Below, piece after piece: positions 16,323-26,834 of a stretch of DNA of 64,000 nt (positions are counted from its first letter, which is position 1; every line of letters starts with the position of its first letter). The translations under genes were made by a program, and so were the position numbers. The DNA lies in sequence record NC_019526.1; one strand, written 5' to 3'. The notes under the pieces were generated by a model. The model was not told where the DNA came from, did not search any database, and saw nothing but the letters and a program-made list of their open reading frames with translations.

Positions 16323-16757
16323 ATGCTTTATAGTTGTGGTATTATATTTTACCAAAATGGACAAATATTATTGGGTCATTGTACTGGTCAAAAACATTGG
16401 GATTTACCAAAAGGTAAAGCTGAAAACAATGAATCATTTGTTGAAGCAGCCATAAGAGAATGCAAAGAAGAAACTGGATTTATTGTAAAAGAAAATGAAT
16501 TAATTCTATTAGGAGAAGTATCCTACCGTAAAGGAAAAAGATTAGTATTATTTTTTTGTACGTCAAAAATTAAACCAAATCCAGATGAGCTTCGATGTAG
16601 TACTACATATGTTAACAAACATGGTAAGAGAAGACCAGATATAGATTCGTACAAATATGTAGATCTAAAAGATTGTCCAAAATATTTAACACAAAGAATG
16701 TCTAAAAGTATTTTAAAATGTACAGAGATTTATAAGAAGAAAAGGGAATCGAAATGA
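16323..16757 (+). CDS. NUDIX hydrolase
   Basis: Nudix box PKGKAENNESFVEAAIRECKEETG; ATG 16323 after AAGGA. Confidence 0.9.
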   Translation: MLYSCGIIFYQNGQILLGHCTGQKHWDLPKGKAENNESFVEAAIRECKEETGFIVKENELILLGEVSYRKGKRLVLFFCTSKIKPNPDELRCSTTYVNKHGKRRPDIDSYKYVDLKDCPKYLTQRMSKSILKCTEIYKKKRESK

Positions 16758-17002
16758 AAGTAACTATCTATGGTCGTAGTAGTGGTTGTAAGTGGTGTGA
16801 TACCGCCAAAGCAGTATGTGAAACCAATGGTTTTGATATGACATTTATTGATATCGATAGTGAAGGTATTGATGCCAATAAACTTGCTGAAATCTGTGGT
16901 GAACCAGTACGCTCAGTTCCACAAATTTTTGTGAATGGTGAATTCGTGAAAGGTGGTTGTACTGGTTTTGTTGAAGGTCTGAAAGAAGGTAAATTCATTT
17001 GA
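16754..17002 (+). CDS. glutaredoxin
   Basis: CKWC active site, VPQIF cis-Pro motif, GG. Confidence 0.9.
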   Translation: MKVTIYGRSSGCKWCDTAKAVCETNGFDMTFIDIDSEGIDANKLAEICGEPVRSVPQIFVNGEFVKGGCTGFVEGLKEGKFI

Positions 17003-17229
17003 ATATTGAAGAAATCTCTAAACGTGCAAAAGAAGTTGCAGAACAATTAGGAACTGATTTCGTTATTCCAGATTATAATGCATCTAAAGAAAAAGCCGAA
17101 CGTAATATTAAAATGCGTATGGAATACTTGTCACGCAAAGAAGAATACGATAATGTAATTGAAATGATTTTTGAAAAATACAGTCCAGAAGTCATTAATT
17201 GTTTTATTAATGATATCAAGAAATCCTAA
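16999..17229 (+). CDS. hypothetical protein
   Basis: 76 aa, TTG start overlapping previous stop. Confidence 0.7.
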   Translation: MNIEEISKRAKEVAEQLGTDFVIPDYNASKEKAERNIKMRMEYLSRKEEYDNVIEMIFEKYSPEVINCFINDIKKS

Positions 17230-17277
17230 ATAATATTGAAGGAACATGATTCCTTTGTACAATAAGAGGATATTACT

Positions 17278-17517
17278 ATGCTTAGTTTCCGTGAAAAATT
17301 AGCTAAAGGTATTTTTGAACACTCTACTCCTGCTACTTTTATTCCTAAAAAATCAAAATTCTTAGGAACAATTACAGAAGATGGTTATTGTGATTTTGAA
17401 GCACCAGAGAGTGATTGGTATCTTACTAAGGATTCAACACGAAGTAATAGACTTTATAAAAGTACACTAGCACGACAACATCGTAAAGAAGTGAAACGTA
17501 TACGTTTCAAAGAATAA
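17278..17517 (+). CDS. hypothetical protein
   Basis: GAGG RBS; TAAATA at 17227. Confidence 0.75.
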   Translation: MLSFREKLAKGIFEHSTPATFIPKKSKFLGTITEDGYCDFEAPESDWYLTKDSTRSNRLYKSTLARQHRKEVKRIRFKE

Positions 17518-17521
17518 ATCA

Positions 17522-17556
17522 AAAAGGACTTCAAATATTTGAAGTCCTTTTCTTTT
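17522..17556 (+). terminator. rho-independent terminator
   Basis: AAAAGGACTTC-aaatattt-GAAGTCCTTTT. Confidence 0.75.
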
Positions 17557-17567
17557 CAGGAAAATAT

Positions 17568-18047
17568 ATGATTCAGATACACAATGGTAATCTGTTTGAA
17601 AAATACATCACACTAAACACACCACCAGACGCTCTACACATCATTGTACACGGCTGTAACGCACAGGGTAAGATGGGATCAGGGTTTGCTAAAGAACTCC
17701 GCACACGCTTTCCAGTGGCTTATACGGAGTATTCAGAACACATATCAATGATTGGTACGGATAATGTATTAGGTACTGTATCATATGTTGCCATTGATGA
17801 AAAGTTGATTATTGCAAATGCCATTACACAGCAGTACTATGGATATGATTCCAAAAAATATGTAAGTTATGATGCAGTTGACACAGCGTTTAAAAATTTG
17901 AATGCATTTTGTGATTGTGATAAAATAATACATGTGCATTTCCCTAAGATTGGAGCCGATTTAGGCGGAGGTAACTGGAACGTTATCAAGGAAATCATTG
18001 ATGGTTCACTCATCAATGCACACAAACATTTATATATTCTAAATTAA
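17568..18047 (+). CDS. macrodomain (ADP-ribose-processing) protein
   Basis: IVHGCNAQGKMGSGFA, FPKIGADLGGGNW. Confidence 0.88.
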   Translation: MIQIHNGNLFEKYITLNTPPDALHIIVHGCNAQGKMGSGFAKELRTRFPVAYTEYSEHISMIGTDNVLGTVSYVAIDEKLIIANAITQQYYGYDSKKYVSYDAVDTAFKNLNAFCDCDKIIHVHFPKIGADLGGGNWNVIKEIIDGSLINAHKHLYILN

Positions 18048-18064
18048 AAAAAGGACTTGACACT

Positions 18065-18379
18065 ATGACTAAAAATGTTAAACTATTCCATGTAAATTCA
18101 GTTGGTCCAGTACTGGCAATCATCCAACAAGAAACCACCGAGGCTATTGTTGTGAATGACCCACTACAATTGGGTACAGATGAAAAAGGTGAACTAATGA
18201 TGATGGATTATCTTGATATGATTACTGAACACAAAGCAGTTGTGTTTTACAAAAACAACATCATTAGTGTGAGTACTCCAGTACCACAACTGGCTAAACT
18301 TTATGTTGAAGCAGTCAAGGGTGAAGAAGATTCTGCTCCTAAGCTAATCGTCCCTGACAATAAAATTATCACACGTTAA
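18065..18379 (+). CDS. hypothetical protein, possibly Sm-like fold
   Basis: beta-rich 104 aa ending KLIVPDNKII, resembling T4-like phage Sm-like proteins. Confidence 0.5.
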   Translation: MTKNVKLFHVNSVGPVLAIIQQETTEAIVVNDPLQLGTDEKGELMMMDYLDMITEHKAVVFYKNNIISVSTPVPQLAKLYVEAVKGEEDSAPKLIVPDNKIITR

Positions 18380-18399
18380 TATACTAAAAAGGTACAGTT

Positions 18400-18780
18400 A
18401 TGTCCAATAAAGAAGCAGTAAACACTATTCAAGCTATTCTGATTATGGCAAATGATCAACCAAACCCAAAAGAACTTGTTATGGCTGGCATGACTGTACT
18501 ACACCAGTACAACCCAGCTTCACCTAATTTTGTAGGTCAAGCAGAAGCAGAAGAATTTAAAAAGCATTGGGACTCGTGGATTAAAAATAATATGGAACAA
18601 GTAGTATACGTATGTAACTCAGAAGAAGACATGGAACAAATCGAGTACCAGGCTAATATGGAATCTATTCCTCTTAGTATTTTCGGTAATGGTGAAAAAT
18701 GTCTTGTACTTGGACCGTTCAGTGCTGAAGATATTGAACGAGTGACACATGAACTCGTTGAAGGAAGTATTCAGTACTAA
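18400..18780 (+). CDS. PTH2-fold protein, catalytically degenerate
   Basis: W...QVVYVCNSEEDM...A...LVLGP....IERVT pattern of peptidyl-tRNA hydrolase 2; DAGxT loop absent. Confidence 0.6.
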   Translation: MSNKEAVNTIQAILIMANDQPNPKELVMAGMTVLHQYNPASPNFVGQAEAEEFKKHWDSWIKNNMEQVVYVCNSEEDMEQIEYQANMESIPLSIFGNGEKCLVLGPFSAEDIERVTHELVEGSIQY

Positions 18781-18790
18781 TACAATTATA

Positions 18791-18839
18791 ATATAGCACC
18801 TCTAAATAATGTATATAACATTAAAATGAGGTGCTATAT
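18791..18839 (+). promoter_or_regulatory. late promoter TAAATA within an RBS-sequestering hairpin
   Basis: ATATAGCACCTC (18791-18802) / GAGGTGCTATAT (18828-18839); TAAATA 18803-18808. Confidence 0.8.
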
Positions 18840-19626
18840 GTACGATTATATGGCTGGCAATTCAGATGCTCCAAATTTTGATCACAGAGAGAAAATTAAA
18901 GATACTATTACACAAATGCTTGGTGCAGGTGCTGTAAATGTAGAACTCACTGATGGTCAACTTGAAATTGCAATAGATAATGCAGTGAGTAATTACAGAG
19001 CATGGAGTTCTGCATCAAAAGAAGAAGCATTTTTACATTTAAAAATGTTCGATTCACAGAGTGTTTATGTACTTCCTACTGAAGTTGAAATAGTACATAA
19101 AATTTATCGCTACGGAAATGGATATTTAAGTTCTGGACAAGGTTCAGCAACTGACCCTTTTAGTTTAGCATTCACCAATAGTTATGTCCTCCAATCTGCA
19201 CGAAATGCAGGTGGTTATGATTTAGCTACTTATGATTTTTCATTCCAATATCAAGAACTTGTCGCCAGAATGTTCGGAAGAGATATTATTTTTCAATTCA
19301 ATCCAGTAACAAAGAAATTAGTACTTGATCGTGATATTCGAGGAAATGAAGAAGTATTAATCCATGTTTTTCAAAACTTACCAGAACCGATGTTATTCCA
19401 GAAACAACAATCTTATCCGTGGTTGCGTGATTGGGCTTTATCGGAAGCTATGATCATGTTAGGTAGGAACCGTAACAAATTTGCTACTCTCCCAGGCCCA
19501 CAAGGTACATTTTCAATGGATGGTCAGCAAATGCTGGCTGATGGTCAACAATTGCAACAAGAATTGAAAGAAAGACTAAGAAAATACGAAGATGGTTCTC
19601 AACCACTTGGTATGATTATTGGATAA
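18838..19626 (+). CDS. neck protein (T4 gp13-like)
   Basis: LG...VNVELTDGQLEIAIDNAVSNY N-terminus; WLRDWALSEAMIMLG...G..M region. Confidence 0.8.
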   Translation: MYDYMAGNSDAPNFDHREKIKDTITQMLGAGAVNVELTDGQLEIAIDNAVSNYRAWSSASKEEAFLHLKMFDSQSVYVLPTEVEIVHKIYRYGNGYLSSGQGSATDPFSLAFTNSYVLQSARNAGGYDLATYDFSFQYQELVARMFGRDIIFQFNPVTKKLVLDRDIRGNEEVLIHVFQNLPEPMLFQKQQSYPWLRDWALSEAMIMLGRNRNKFATLPGPQGTFSMDGQQMLADGQQLQQELKERLRKYEDGSQPLGMIIG

Positions 19627-19645
19627 TTAAAAAAATAAAAAATAA

Positions 19646-19682
19646 AAAAGTACTAATATGGGTTTCTGTATTAGTACTTTTA
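19646..19682 (+). terminator. terminator hairpin
   Basis: AAAAGTACTAATA...TATTAGTACTTTT; stem built from two AGTACT sites. Confidence 0.65.
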
Positions 19683-19699
19683 TTCTATGGTACTGACAA

Positions 19700-21703
19700 A
19701 TGACAAATGAAGAATTAAAAGAATTATTAAATTCTAAGAACATAAATTCATGGCCTTACTTGTATAAACAGAATATTGAAATACGTGATATTCTTTCAAT
19801 ATATAATATAATACCTAAAACCGATAAAGATATTTTTAAATTATTTTACTTATTCATGAATTCATATACTGAAGAACCAAAAGCTTATTGTGGAAAACCA
19901 GCAGTGTATTCTAATTATAAGAATGGGTTTTATAAAGTATGTTCTGATTTTAATGTAAAAGATAAAAATTCTTGTAAAATTTGTACTGAAATGCGTTACA
20001 AATCAAGAACTGAAAATACAAAGAAAAGTAATTTGGAAAAATATGGAGTTGAAAATATTTCACAGATTCAATCCATAAAAGATAAAAAAGAAAAAACATG
20101 TATTGAAAAATTTGGTGCAAGTACCAATTTAAAGACTAAGGAAACTAAAGACAAAATAAAAAATACAAACAGAAAGAAATTTGGTACTGATTATCCTTTA
20201 CAAAATACTGATATTTTATTAAAACAGCAAAATACAAATATAAAACGTTATGGGGTAAAATATCAAGGACAACGTGAAGAAGTAAAGAATAAGATTAAAG
20301 AAACAAATTTGAAAATTCGTGGAGTTCCTTATGTATTACAGGATGAAAACATTAGGTCAAAGATCAAAGATACTAATATGAAAAAATATGGTGCTTCTTG
20401 TATTTTTTCAACACAATATTATAAAGAAATAATAATTAATACTAATATTAAAAAATACAATGCATTATATCCAATGCAGAATTCTGATATTCTTAATAAA
20501 AGATGTATGACAAATAATAAATTATATGGTGGTAATTCACCAAGTTGTGATTCTTCAGTACTGAATAAAATGAAGAACACTACACTAGAAAGATATGGTG
20601 TTGAATATTATTCCCAAAGCGATGAATATAAAATTTATATTCAAGATTCATTGTATATGGATAGATATGATATAATTTCAACGAATATTGATTATAATTA
20701 TATTCCTCTTTTTGATGAAGATGATTTGATATTCAGAACCAACATGGATTTATTACCATTTTGGTGTAATTATTGTGATGATTTATTCTATTCTAAACAC
20801 AAACAAAATAATATCAAATGTAATTGTCAAATAAAACATGGAGTATCTATTAAAGAATTAGAGTTAAGAAATTATATAGTATCGTTAATTCCAGATGAAG
20901 ATATCATTTTCAATGATCGTACTATTCTTAATGGGAAGGAACTTGACATTTATATACCTAATTTGAATTTAGCATTTGAATTTAATGGTATGTATTGGCA
21001 CAGTAATAATATTATAGACAAAAATATGCACCAAAACAAAGTACTACAATGTAAAGAACAAGGTATTAATTTAATTCATGTTTTTGAAGATGAGTGGGAT
21101 TCCAAAAATGAATTAATTAAAAATCGCATTAAAAGTAAATTAAATAAATCTCCAAAAATTTATGCAAGAAAATGCACAGTTGGTAATGTCGATAATACTA
21201 CATACAAAGATTTTTGTAATTTATTTCATATTCAGGGTTACACTGAAGCAAAAATCAAAATTGGATTGTATTATGATTATGAACTGGTTGCTGTAATGTC
21301 ATTTGGAGCACCGAGAAACAAAAGTGATAAAATTAAATATGAATATGAATTAATTCGTTACTGTTCAGATGGTTCAGTTATTGGTGGTGCTTCAAAAATA
21401 CTCAAATATTTTGAAAAGAAATATAAACCAAAATCACTAATGTCATATGCAGATATGAACTGGAGTAATGGGAACTTATATTCAGTACTGGGATTCACTG
21501 AAGAGTCATATACCAAACCTGGGTATTTTTATTATAACAAAGAAACCAACGAACGAATTTCCAGACAACGTTGTCAAAAACATAAACTGGTTAAATTGGG
21601 ATATGATAGTAATTTAACTGAAACTACAATCTGTTGTGATATTATTGGATATCTAAAAATTTACGATAGTGGTAATTTAAAATACGTTAAAAAATATCAA
21701 TAA
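19700..21703 (+). mobile_element. free-standing putative homing endonuclease (Hef-like, PD-(D/E)xK/Vsr-type) with tandem repeats
   Basis: nine ~23-aa KYG repeats, Cys clusters, ELDIYIP...AFEFNGMYWH...LIHVFEDEW nuclease signature; sits between neck gene and dNMP kinase. Confidence 0.7.
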
Positions 21704-21727
21704 CTCTTTTCTTAAAAGGATAATTAT

Positions 21728-22354
21728 GTGAAAAGAAATATAGTTGCAATCAATGGAACAATAGGGAGTGGGAAAGATACTTTTGCACAAGCATTTATTG
21801 ACAATGGATACACGAGATTATCTTTTGCCAAAAATCTAAAAGATACTGTATCAGCAATATTTGGATGGGATCGTGAAATGCTCGAAGGTACAACACCAGA
21901 AAGTAGAAAAATTCGTGAAATGGTTGATCCCTACTGGTGTGAAAAATTAGGACGAAATGATGTTTCTCCGAGATGGGTGCTGCAAAATTTTGGTACAAAT
22001 GTACTTCGTAAGCATTTCCATGATAACATTTGGGTTTTTAGTTTAGAAAAAACAATGAACCAAATAGAAGGTAACATTATTATTACTGATTGTAGATTTC
22101 CTAATGAACTTGAAATGATTCGTAAAAATAATGGAATAGTTATTGAAGTACAAAGAACAATTCCATATTGGTATGGTTTGGCATCAGAATACAATAAAGG
22201 ATTTATTAATATGCTACCAGTTGAACTGGAAGATATTCATGAATCAGAATGGAAATGGATTGGTGTAAACGAACCAGATTATGTTGTAAAAAATACAGAA
22301 ACCCTTCAATCTCTTCAGGATAAAGCATTAAAAATTATTTCATTAATGAAATAA
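21728..22354 (+). CDS. deoxynucleoside monophosphate kinase (T4 gp1-like)
   Basis: GTIGSGKDT P-loop, FAKNLKD, PRWVLQNFGT, ITDCRFPNE. Confidence 0.9.
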   Translation: MKRNIVAINGTIGSGKDTFAQAFIDNGYTRLSFAKNLKDTVSAIFGWDREMLEGTTPESRKIREMVDPYWCEKLGRNDVSPRWVLQNFGTNVLRKHFHDNIWVFSLEKTMNQIEGNIIITDCRFPNELEMIRKNNGIVIEVQRTIPYWYGLASEYNKGFINMLPVELEDIHESEWKWIGVNEPDYVVKNTETLQSLQDKALKIISLMK

Positions 22355-22380
22355 TTTTCTCATTTCTAACATCCCTCATT

Positions 22381-22444
22381 AATCCTCCAATAAATAATAC
22401 TATACGAGAATAATCGAATAGAACCAAATTATTTTTGGAGGATT
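22381..22444 (+). promoter_or_regulatory. late promoter TAAATA within an RBS-sequestering hairpin
   Basis: AATCCTCCAA (22381-22390) / TTGGAGGATT (22435-22444); TAAATA 22391-22396. Confidence 0.8.
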
Positions 22445-22448
22445 TTTT

Positions 22449-25115
22449 ATGGCAGATTTAATCAGCCCAGGAGTTGACGTACAGATTACTGATGAAAGCA
22501 TTAGTACTGCATCCACTCCAGGAACTGTACCCCTATTTGTTTTAGCCACTGCTCAAGATAAATTAGTACCGGGATCAACTTCAATTGCATCCGCTACAAC
22601 TCAAGCGAATGCTAATACACTACAACTAGTAACATCACAGAAAAATGTACTTGATCTGTTTGGTACTCCAGTTTTTCAGGTTGACAGCACCGGAAGCGTA
22701 GTTCAGGGTGATGAACTAAATGAATATGGTTTACATGCAGTATATTCCTATATGGGAATTTCTAACCGTGCATATGTTGTACGTGCAGATCTCGATCTAG
22801 CACAACTATCACCAAGATCAACTGCTCCAACTGGCCCAGTTTCTAACGGTACCCTTTGGTTAGATATGACTTCTTCTCAAGTAGAAGCCTATATTGCTAA
22901 AGTGGCAAACCCATCAAGTTTCCATGACTGGGAATTAAAAACAGTACATATGGTAACTGCTGAGGATGTTGATGATGTTGATACTACAGAATATAATATT
23001 GACGATTTGGTATTGCGTTTTAAACCAAGTAATGGTCAATTTTTAATGTATAAACTGGAAGTACAAGGTCTGGTGCAACCAAACACCATTCTTTCACTAA
23101 TCAATAAAGTACCTACTGGTGCAAATATTTCTGTTGGTGATGTGTGGATCCGTGATGGTTATACACAAAATGGTTCCAATTATTTTGGTACTCGTTTTGT
23201 AATTAAACGTTATATGTCACTTACTGGTGTATGGACTGTAGTACCAACTTATACAGGTAACAACTTCGCTGAAATCGAATCTAAGAGTGGTGTTTTCAAT
23301 ACAAGTTATATTGCATCTCGATTTGATTTAGATAGTAATAGTTTTTCTTTTTATCTACAGAGTGGAAAAACAGTATCACAAAATAGTCCTGCTGTTCCAG
23401 TCGGTGAACTAACTCCGACCACTGCTACTCAAATTTCATATTTAACTTTCTCTTATCTGGATAAAGTTACAAAACTTGTAGCAGTTAAACAAGGTGAAAC
23501 AATTAATACCGCAACAATAATTAGTAATATTTCTTCAAGTAAAGATATGGCTAATGCAGGTTTTAGTTTTGTCCGAGATTCAAATGGTGCTCTGGTTGTT
23601 AGCAACAAAAATGGCTATAGTTTCAAGACTACTCAAACTGGTGATGTACTATTCAGTAATACTGAATTTGCTAAACTATCAGTTGTTGAAAGTTCAAACT
23701 ATTCTATTCTGAATCCTAATAATTTCAAAGGCAACACTGATACCCCAACCAGTATTGCTAAAGATGGTACTTATTGGTATGATTTTTCCAATAGTGATAA
23801 CTTGACTGTTACTATGTATACCGCTGATTATGCAACTGATTCATGGAAACTTGTTGACAGTTCTAATCAATATGTACAAGTCGATGAACCCACTGCTGAT
23901 CGTGAATTCTGGGTACTACCACTTTCACAAGGCGTTGATGGTTATGTTTTCTATCGTAACATCAACGGTTCATGGGTTAAACTTGATACTACGGATCAAA
24001 GTACCCTTAACGGCATGATTTTCGAAGATTTTAACTTCCCTGATACTGTACCAGCACCAGAATTATATCAAAACTCTATGCTCGCTATCGACATGGGTAA
24101 TACTGAAGGTGTTGTAAAGAAAATGGAAGATGGTGAATGGCACGTAGTTAGTGGTACTAACCTAAGTGGTAGTGGTCTTTTCGGTCGTGCCGCACAACGT
24201 CAAATTGTTGTACAAGCACTTCAAGCAGTACTGGTAGGTAATGAAGATATTCGTTCTGAATGGATTAGCTATAACCTAATCTGTGTTCCTGGATATGTTG
24301 AAACACTGGATGAATGCGTGACTCTTAACGTAGATCGTAAAGAAACTGCGTTCATTATTACTGATGTTCCAGCACGATTAGATCCAACTGGTAATGGTAA
24401 TGATGTACAAGCATGGGCCAGCAATGCAAATAATGCGGCTAGTAATGGTGATGTTGGTCGTACAACCACTTATGACTATGCTGCTGAATACATGGGATGG
24501 TGCCTGAGTACTAACGTTGACGGTACTGAAATTGCAGTTCCTGGTAGTACCATAGCAATGCGTACTATTGCTTATAGTGATAGCATCAGTCATGTTTGGA
24601 ACCCACCTGCGGGTACTTCAAACGGGGTTGTTACCAATGCAAGTTCTGTTGGTTTTATTAACTCAGAAGGTGAATATCAATCCGTTCAGTACTCTGAAGG
24701 ACAACGTGATGTGATGTACTCAAACAATATTAACCCTATTGCTATGCGTCCAACTCGCGGTCTTCTAATTTGGGGTCAAAAAACACTAAGTGCTGACAGT
24801 ACTTCTGCACTAAGTCGTGTTAATGTCGCTCGTCTGATGTGTTATATTCGTAAACAAGTTGCTATAATTGCTGAACCATTCCTCTTCCGACTGAATACAC
24901 CAAGTACTCGTCAGGAATTCACTGGTGTAATGAATGCATTCTTCAGCGAATTAGTACAAAATAATGCACTATATGATTTTACCGTAGTGTGTGATGAGAG
25001 TAATAACACTTCTGCCCGTATCGACCGTAACGAACTGTGGTGTGATATTGCAGTACAACCAGTACGAGCAATTGAATTCATCTATATTCCAATTCGTATT
25101 GAAAATACTCAATAA
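22449..25115 (+). CDS. contractile tail sheath protein (T4 gp18-like)
   Basis: SPGVDVQITDES N-terminus; WNPPAG, NINPI, IWGQKTL, RVNVARL C-terminal sheath motifs. Confidence 0.95.
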   Translation: MADLISPGVDVQITDESISTASTPGTVPLFVLATAQDKLVPGSTSIASATTQANANTLQLVTSQKNVLDLFGTPVFQVDSTGSVVQGDELNEYGLHAVYSYMGISNRAYVVRADLDLAQLSPRSTAPTGPVSNGTLWLDMTSSQVEAYIAKVANPSSFHDWELKTVHMVTAEDVDDVDTTEYNIDDLVLRFKPSNGQFLMYKLEVQGLVQPNTILSLINKVPTGANISVGDVWIRDGYTQNGSNYFGTRFVIKRYMSLTGVWTVVPTYTGNNFAEIESKSGVFNTSYIASRFDLDSNSFSFYLQSGKTVSQNSPAVPVGELTPTTATQISYLTFSYLDKVTKLVAVKQGETINTATIISNISSSKDMANAGFSFVRDSNGALVVSNKNGYSFKTTQTGDVLFSNTEFAKLSVVESSNYSILNPNNFKGNTDTPTSIAKDGTYWYDFSNSDNLTVTMYTADYATDSWKLVDSSNQYVQVDEPTADREFWVLPLSQGVDGYVFYRNINGSWVKLDTTDQSTLNGMIFEDFNFPDTVPAPELYQNSMLAIDMGNTEGVVKKMEDGEWHVVSGTNLSGSGLFGRAAQRQIVVQALQAVLVGNEDIRSEWISYNLICVPGYVETLDECVTLNVDRKETAFIITDVPARLDPTGNGNDVQAWASNANNAASNGDVGRTTTYDYAAEYMGWCLSTNVDGTEIAVPGSTIAMRTIAYSDSISHVWNPPAGTSNGVVTNASSVGFINSEGEYQSVQYSEGQRDVMYSNNINPIAMRPTRGLLIWGQKTLSADSTSALSRVNVARLMCYIRKQVAIIAEPFLFRLNTPSTRQEFTGVMNAFFSELVQNNALYDFTVVCDESNNTSARIDRNELWCDIAVQPVRAIEFIYIPIRIENTQ

Positions 25116-25119
25116 TATC

Positions 25120-25149
25120 AAAAAGGGAACTTTCGAGTTCCCTTTTTTT
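25120..25149 (+). terminator. rho-independent terminator
   Basis: AAAAGGGAAC-tttcga-GTTCCCTTTTTTT. Confidence 0.85.
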
Positions 25150-25177
25150 ATTTTATAAGTTAGTACAGGTTGTGGTT

Positions 25178-25230
25178 ATTTCTCCAATAAATAAATATAA
25201 AGAGAATTATATATTCCTTAGTGGAGAAAT
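25178..25230 (+). promoter_or_regulatory. late promoter TAAATA within an RBS-sequestering hairpin
   Basis: ATTTCTCCA (25178-25186) / TGGAGAAAT (25222-25230); TAAATA 25188-25193. Confidence 0.7.
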
Positions 25231-25236
25231 TATAAT

Positions 25237-25920
25237 ATGGCGACAATGCTTGATAAGTATGGCGTCCCCATTAGTGGTGGCGGCAATATGATGAAAAGCC
25301 CTAAACCAAAATATCGATACAGAGTTATCTTTTTTGGTTTTGGTGCAAATGACGATGGTAACATGATTACCCTTGATACCAATACCGTAGGTGCAGTTAG
25401 TGTATCACATGAAAATGTAACTGTTCATAGTTATAACTCAAGTGCACATTACAAAGGGAAATATTCATGGAACACAATTGAAGTTGCATTCCGTGATTCT
25501 GTTGGTAATGACAGTGCTAAAGCAGTTTATAACCAAATGCGTAAAGAGTTTAACTATTATACTCAGGAATCACGCACTTCTGATTCACAATTTAAATTCG
25601 AAATGTGGATTCAGGAACTGGATGGTAGTAACTCATCTGAACGTACCAATTTATTTCAGGGTACTCTGAGTACTTGGGTTTGTCAGGGTTGTTTTATTAC
25701 TGAAACCAACTTTGGTGAATGGGATTATTCCAGTTCTGATCCACAAGTTATTACCATGACAGTTCAACCAGATGGTTGTGCTAAACTTGGGCCTACTGGT
25801 CTTCCATTCGGTGATGAAGTTTCCGGTAATGGTACTCCAGAAGGTGCTTCTTCTATTAGTGGTGCACAAACAGTCATTAATGAAACATCTATAACTGATA
25901 GTAACTTCTATACTTCATAA
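25237..25920 (+). CDS. tail tube protein (gp19-like), paralog 1
   Basis: follows sheath; PKPKYRYRV, YKGKYSWNTIEVAFRD, GCFITETNFGEWDYSS. Confidence 0.8.
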   Translation: MATMLDKYGVPISGGGNMMKSPKPKYRYRVIFFGFGANDDGNMITLDTNTVGAVSVSHENVTVHSYNSSAHYKGKYSWNTIEVAFRDSVGNDSAKAVYNQMRKEFNYYTQESRTSDSQFKFEMWIQELDGSNSSERTNLFQGTLSTWVCQGCFITETNFGEWDYSSSDPQVITMTVQPDGCAKLGPTGLPFGDEVSGNGTPEGASSISGAQTVINETSITDSNFYTS

Positions 25921-25968
25921 TTTATTTGATAAATAATAAAGTATGTTTCATATAACTTCCTTGTAAAC

Positions 25969-26004
25969 AAAAGCTCCGATGCTAAAAACGTCGGAGCTTT
26001 TTTT
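25969..26004 (+). terminator. rho-independent terminator
   Basis: AAAAGCTCCGA...TCGGAGCTTTTTTT. Confidence 0.8.
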
Positions 26005-26060
26005 GTTTATTATATTCGCTAAATAATAGATAAAACCTAATATAATACAGAGGTTAAAGT

Positions 26061-26834
26061 ATGGCTGATATGCTATCCAAATACGGTGTACCTATGCCGA
26101 GTGGTAAAAACAAAACTATGCTACAACCTAAAGCACAATATAAATTCAGAGTTATTGTATACAATTTCGGTACAGAAATTGATGAACGAGATCATATTGC
26201 TTTAGATGTTGACAAAGTTGACAGACCAAGTATTTCATTTTCAACACATAAATTATATCAGTTCACGACTAACACATCCTATATCGGTAGTTATGACTGG
26301 AAAGAAATTAAATTAACAATCAGGGATTCGATTGGTAATGACAGTGCTAAAGCAGTATCAAGACAATTACAAAAACAAAAAGATTTTCAACGAAGAATTA
26401 CTTCTAAATCAGAACAGGATTATGCTGGATATAAATTCGGTATGATTATTCAGATGCTAAATGGGCGAAACTACGATGATAGTCTAGAATCATTGGGTAG
26501 GAATACTGCCACCAGTGTAGCTAGTGCAGTTACAAATAATACTGGACTGGTTAATGCAATTGATAAATTTATCGGTGGTTCTACTTATAACACATCAGGT
26601 GTAATGGAATATTTTGTATGCACTGGGTGTATTATCACTGATATAAGTTATGACTCACTTGATTATGGGTCAAGTTCACCAGTTACTATGCAACTTACTA
26701 TTAAACCAGATAGCTGTCTACAATTCGATGATATAGAAGAAATGTATAAAGTTAGAATTAGTTCACTTCTCCCAGATAGTGTTAATCAGGGTCTTGATAT
26801 TTTAGATCGTGTACTCGGTAGTACTGGAATTTAA
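26061..26834 (+). CDS. tail tube protein-like, paralog 2
   Basis: PKAQYKFRV, YIGSYDWKEIKLTIRDSIGNDSAKAV, GCIITDISYDSLDY; clear paralog of 25237..25920. Confidence 0.75.
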   Translation: MADMLSKYGVPMPSGKNKTMLQPKAQYKFRVIVYNFGTEIDERDHIALDVDKVDRPSISFSTHKLYQFTTNTSYIGSYDWKEIKLTIRDSIGNDSAKAVSRQLQKQKDFQRRITSKSEQDYAGYKFGMIIQMLNGRNYDDSLESLGRNTATSVASAVTNNTGLVNAIDKFIGGSTYNTSGVMEYFVCTGCIITDISYDSLDYGSSSPVTMQLTIKPDSCLQFDDIEEMYKVRISSLLPDSVNQGLDILDRVLGSTGI

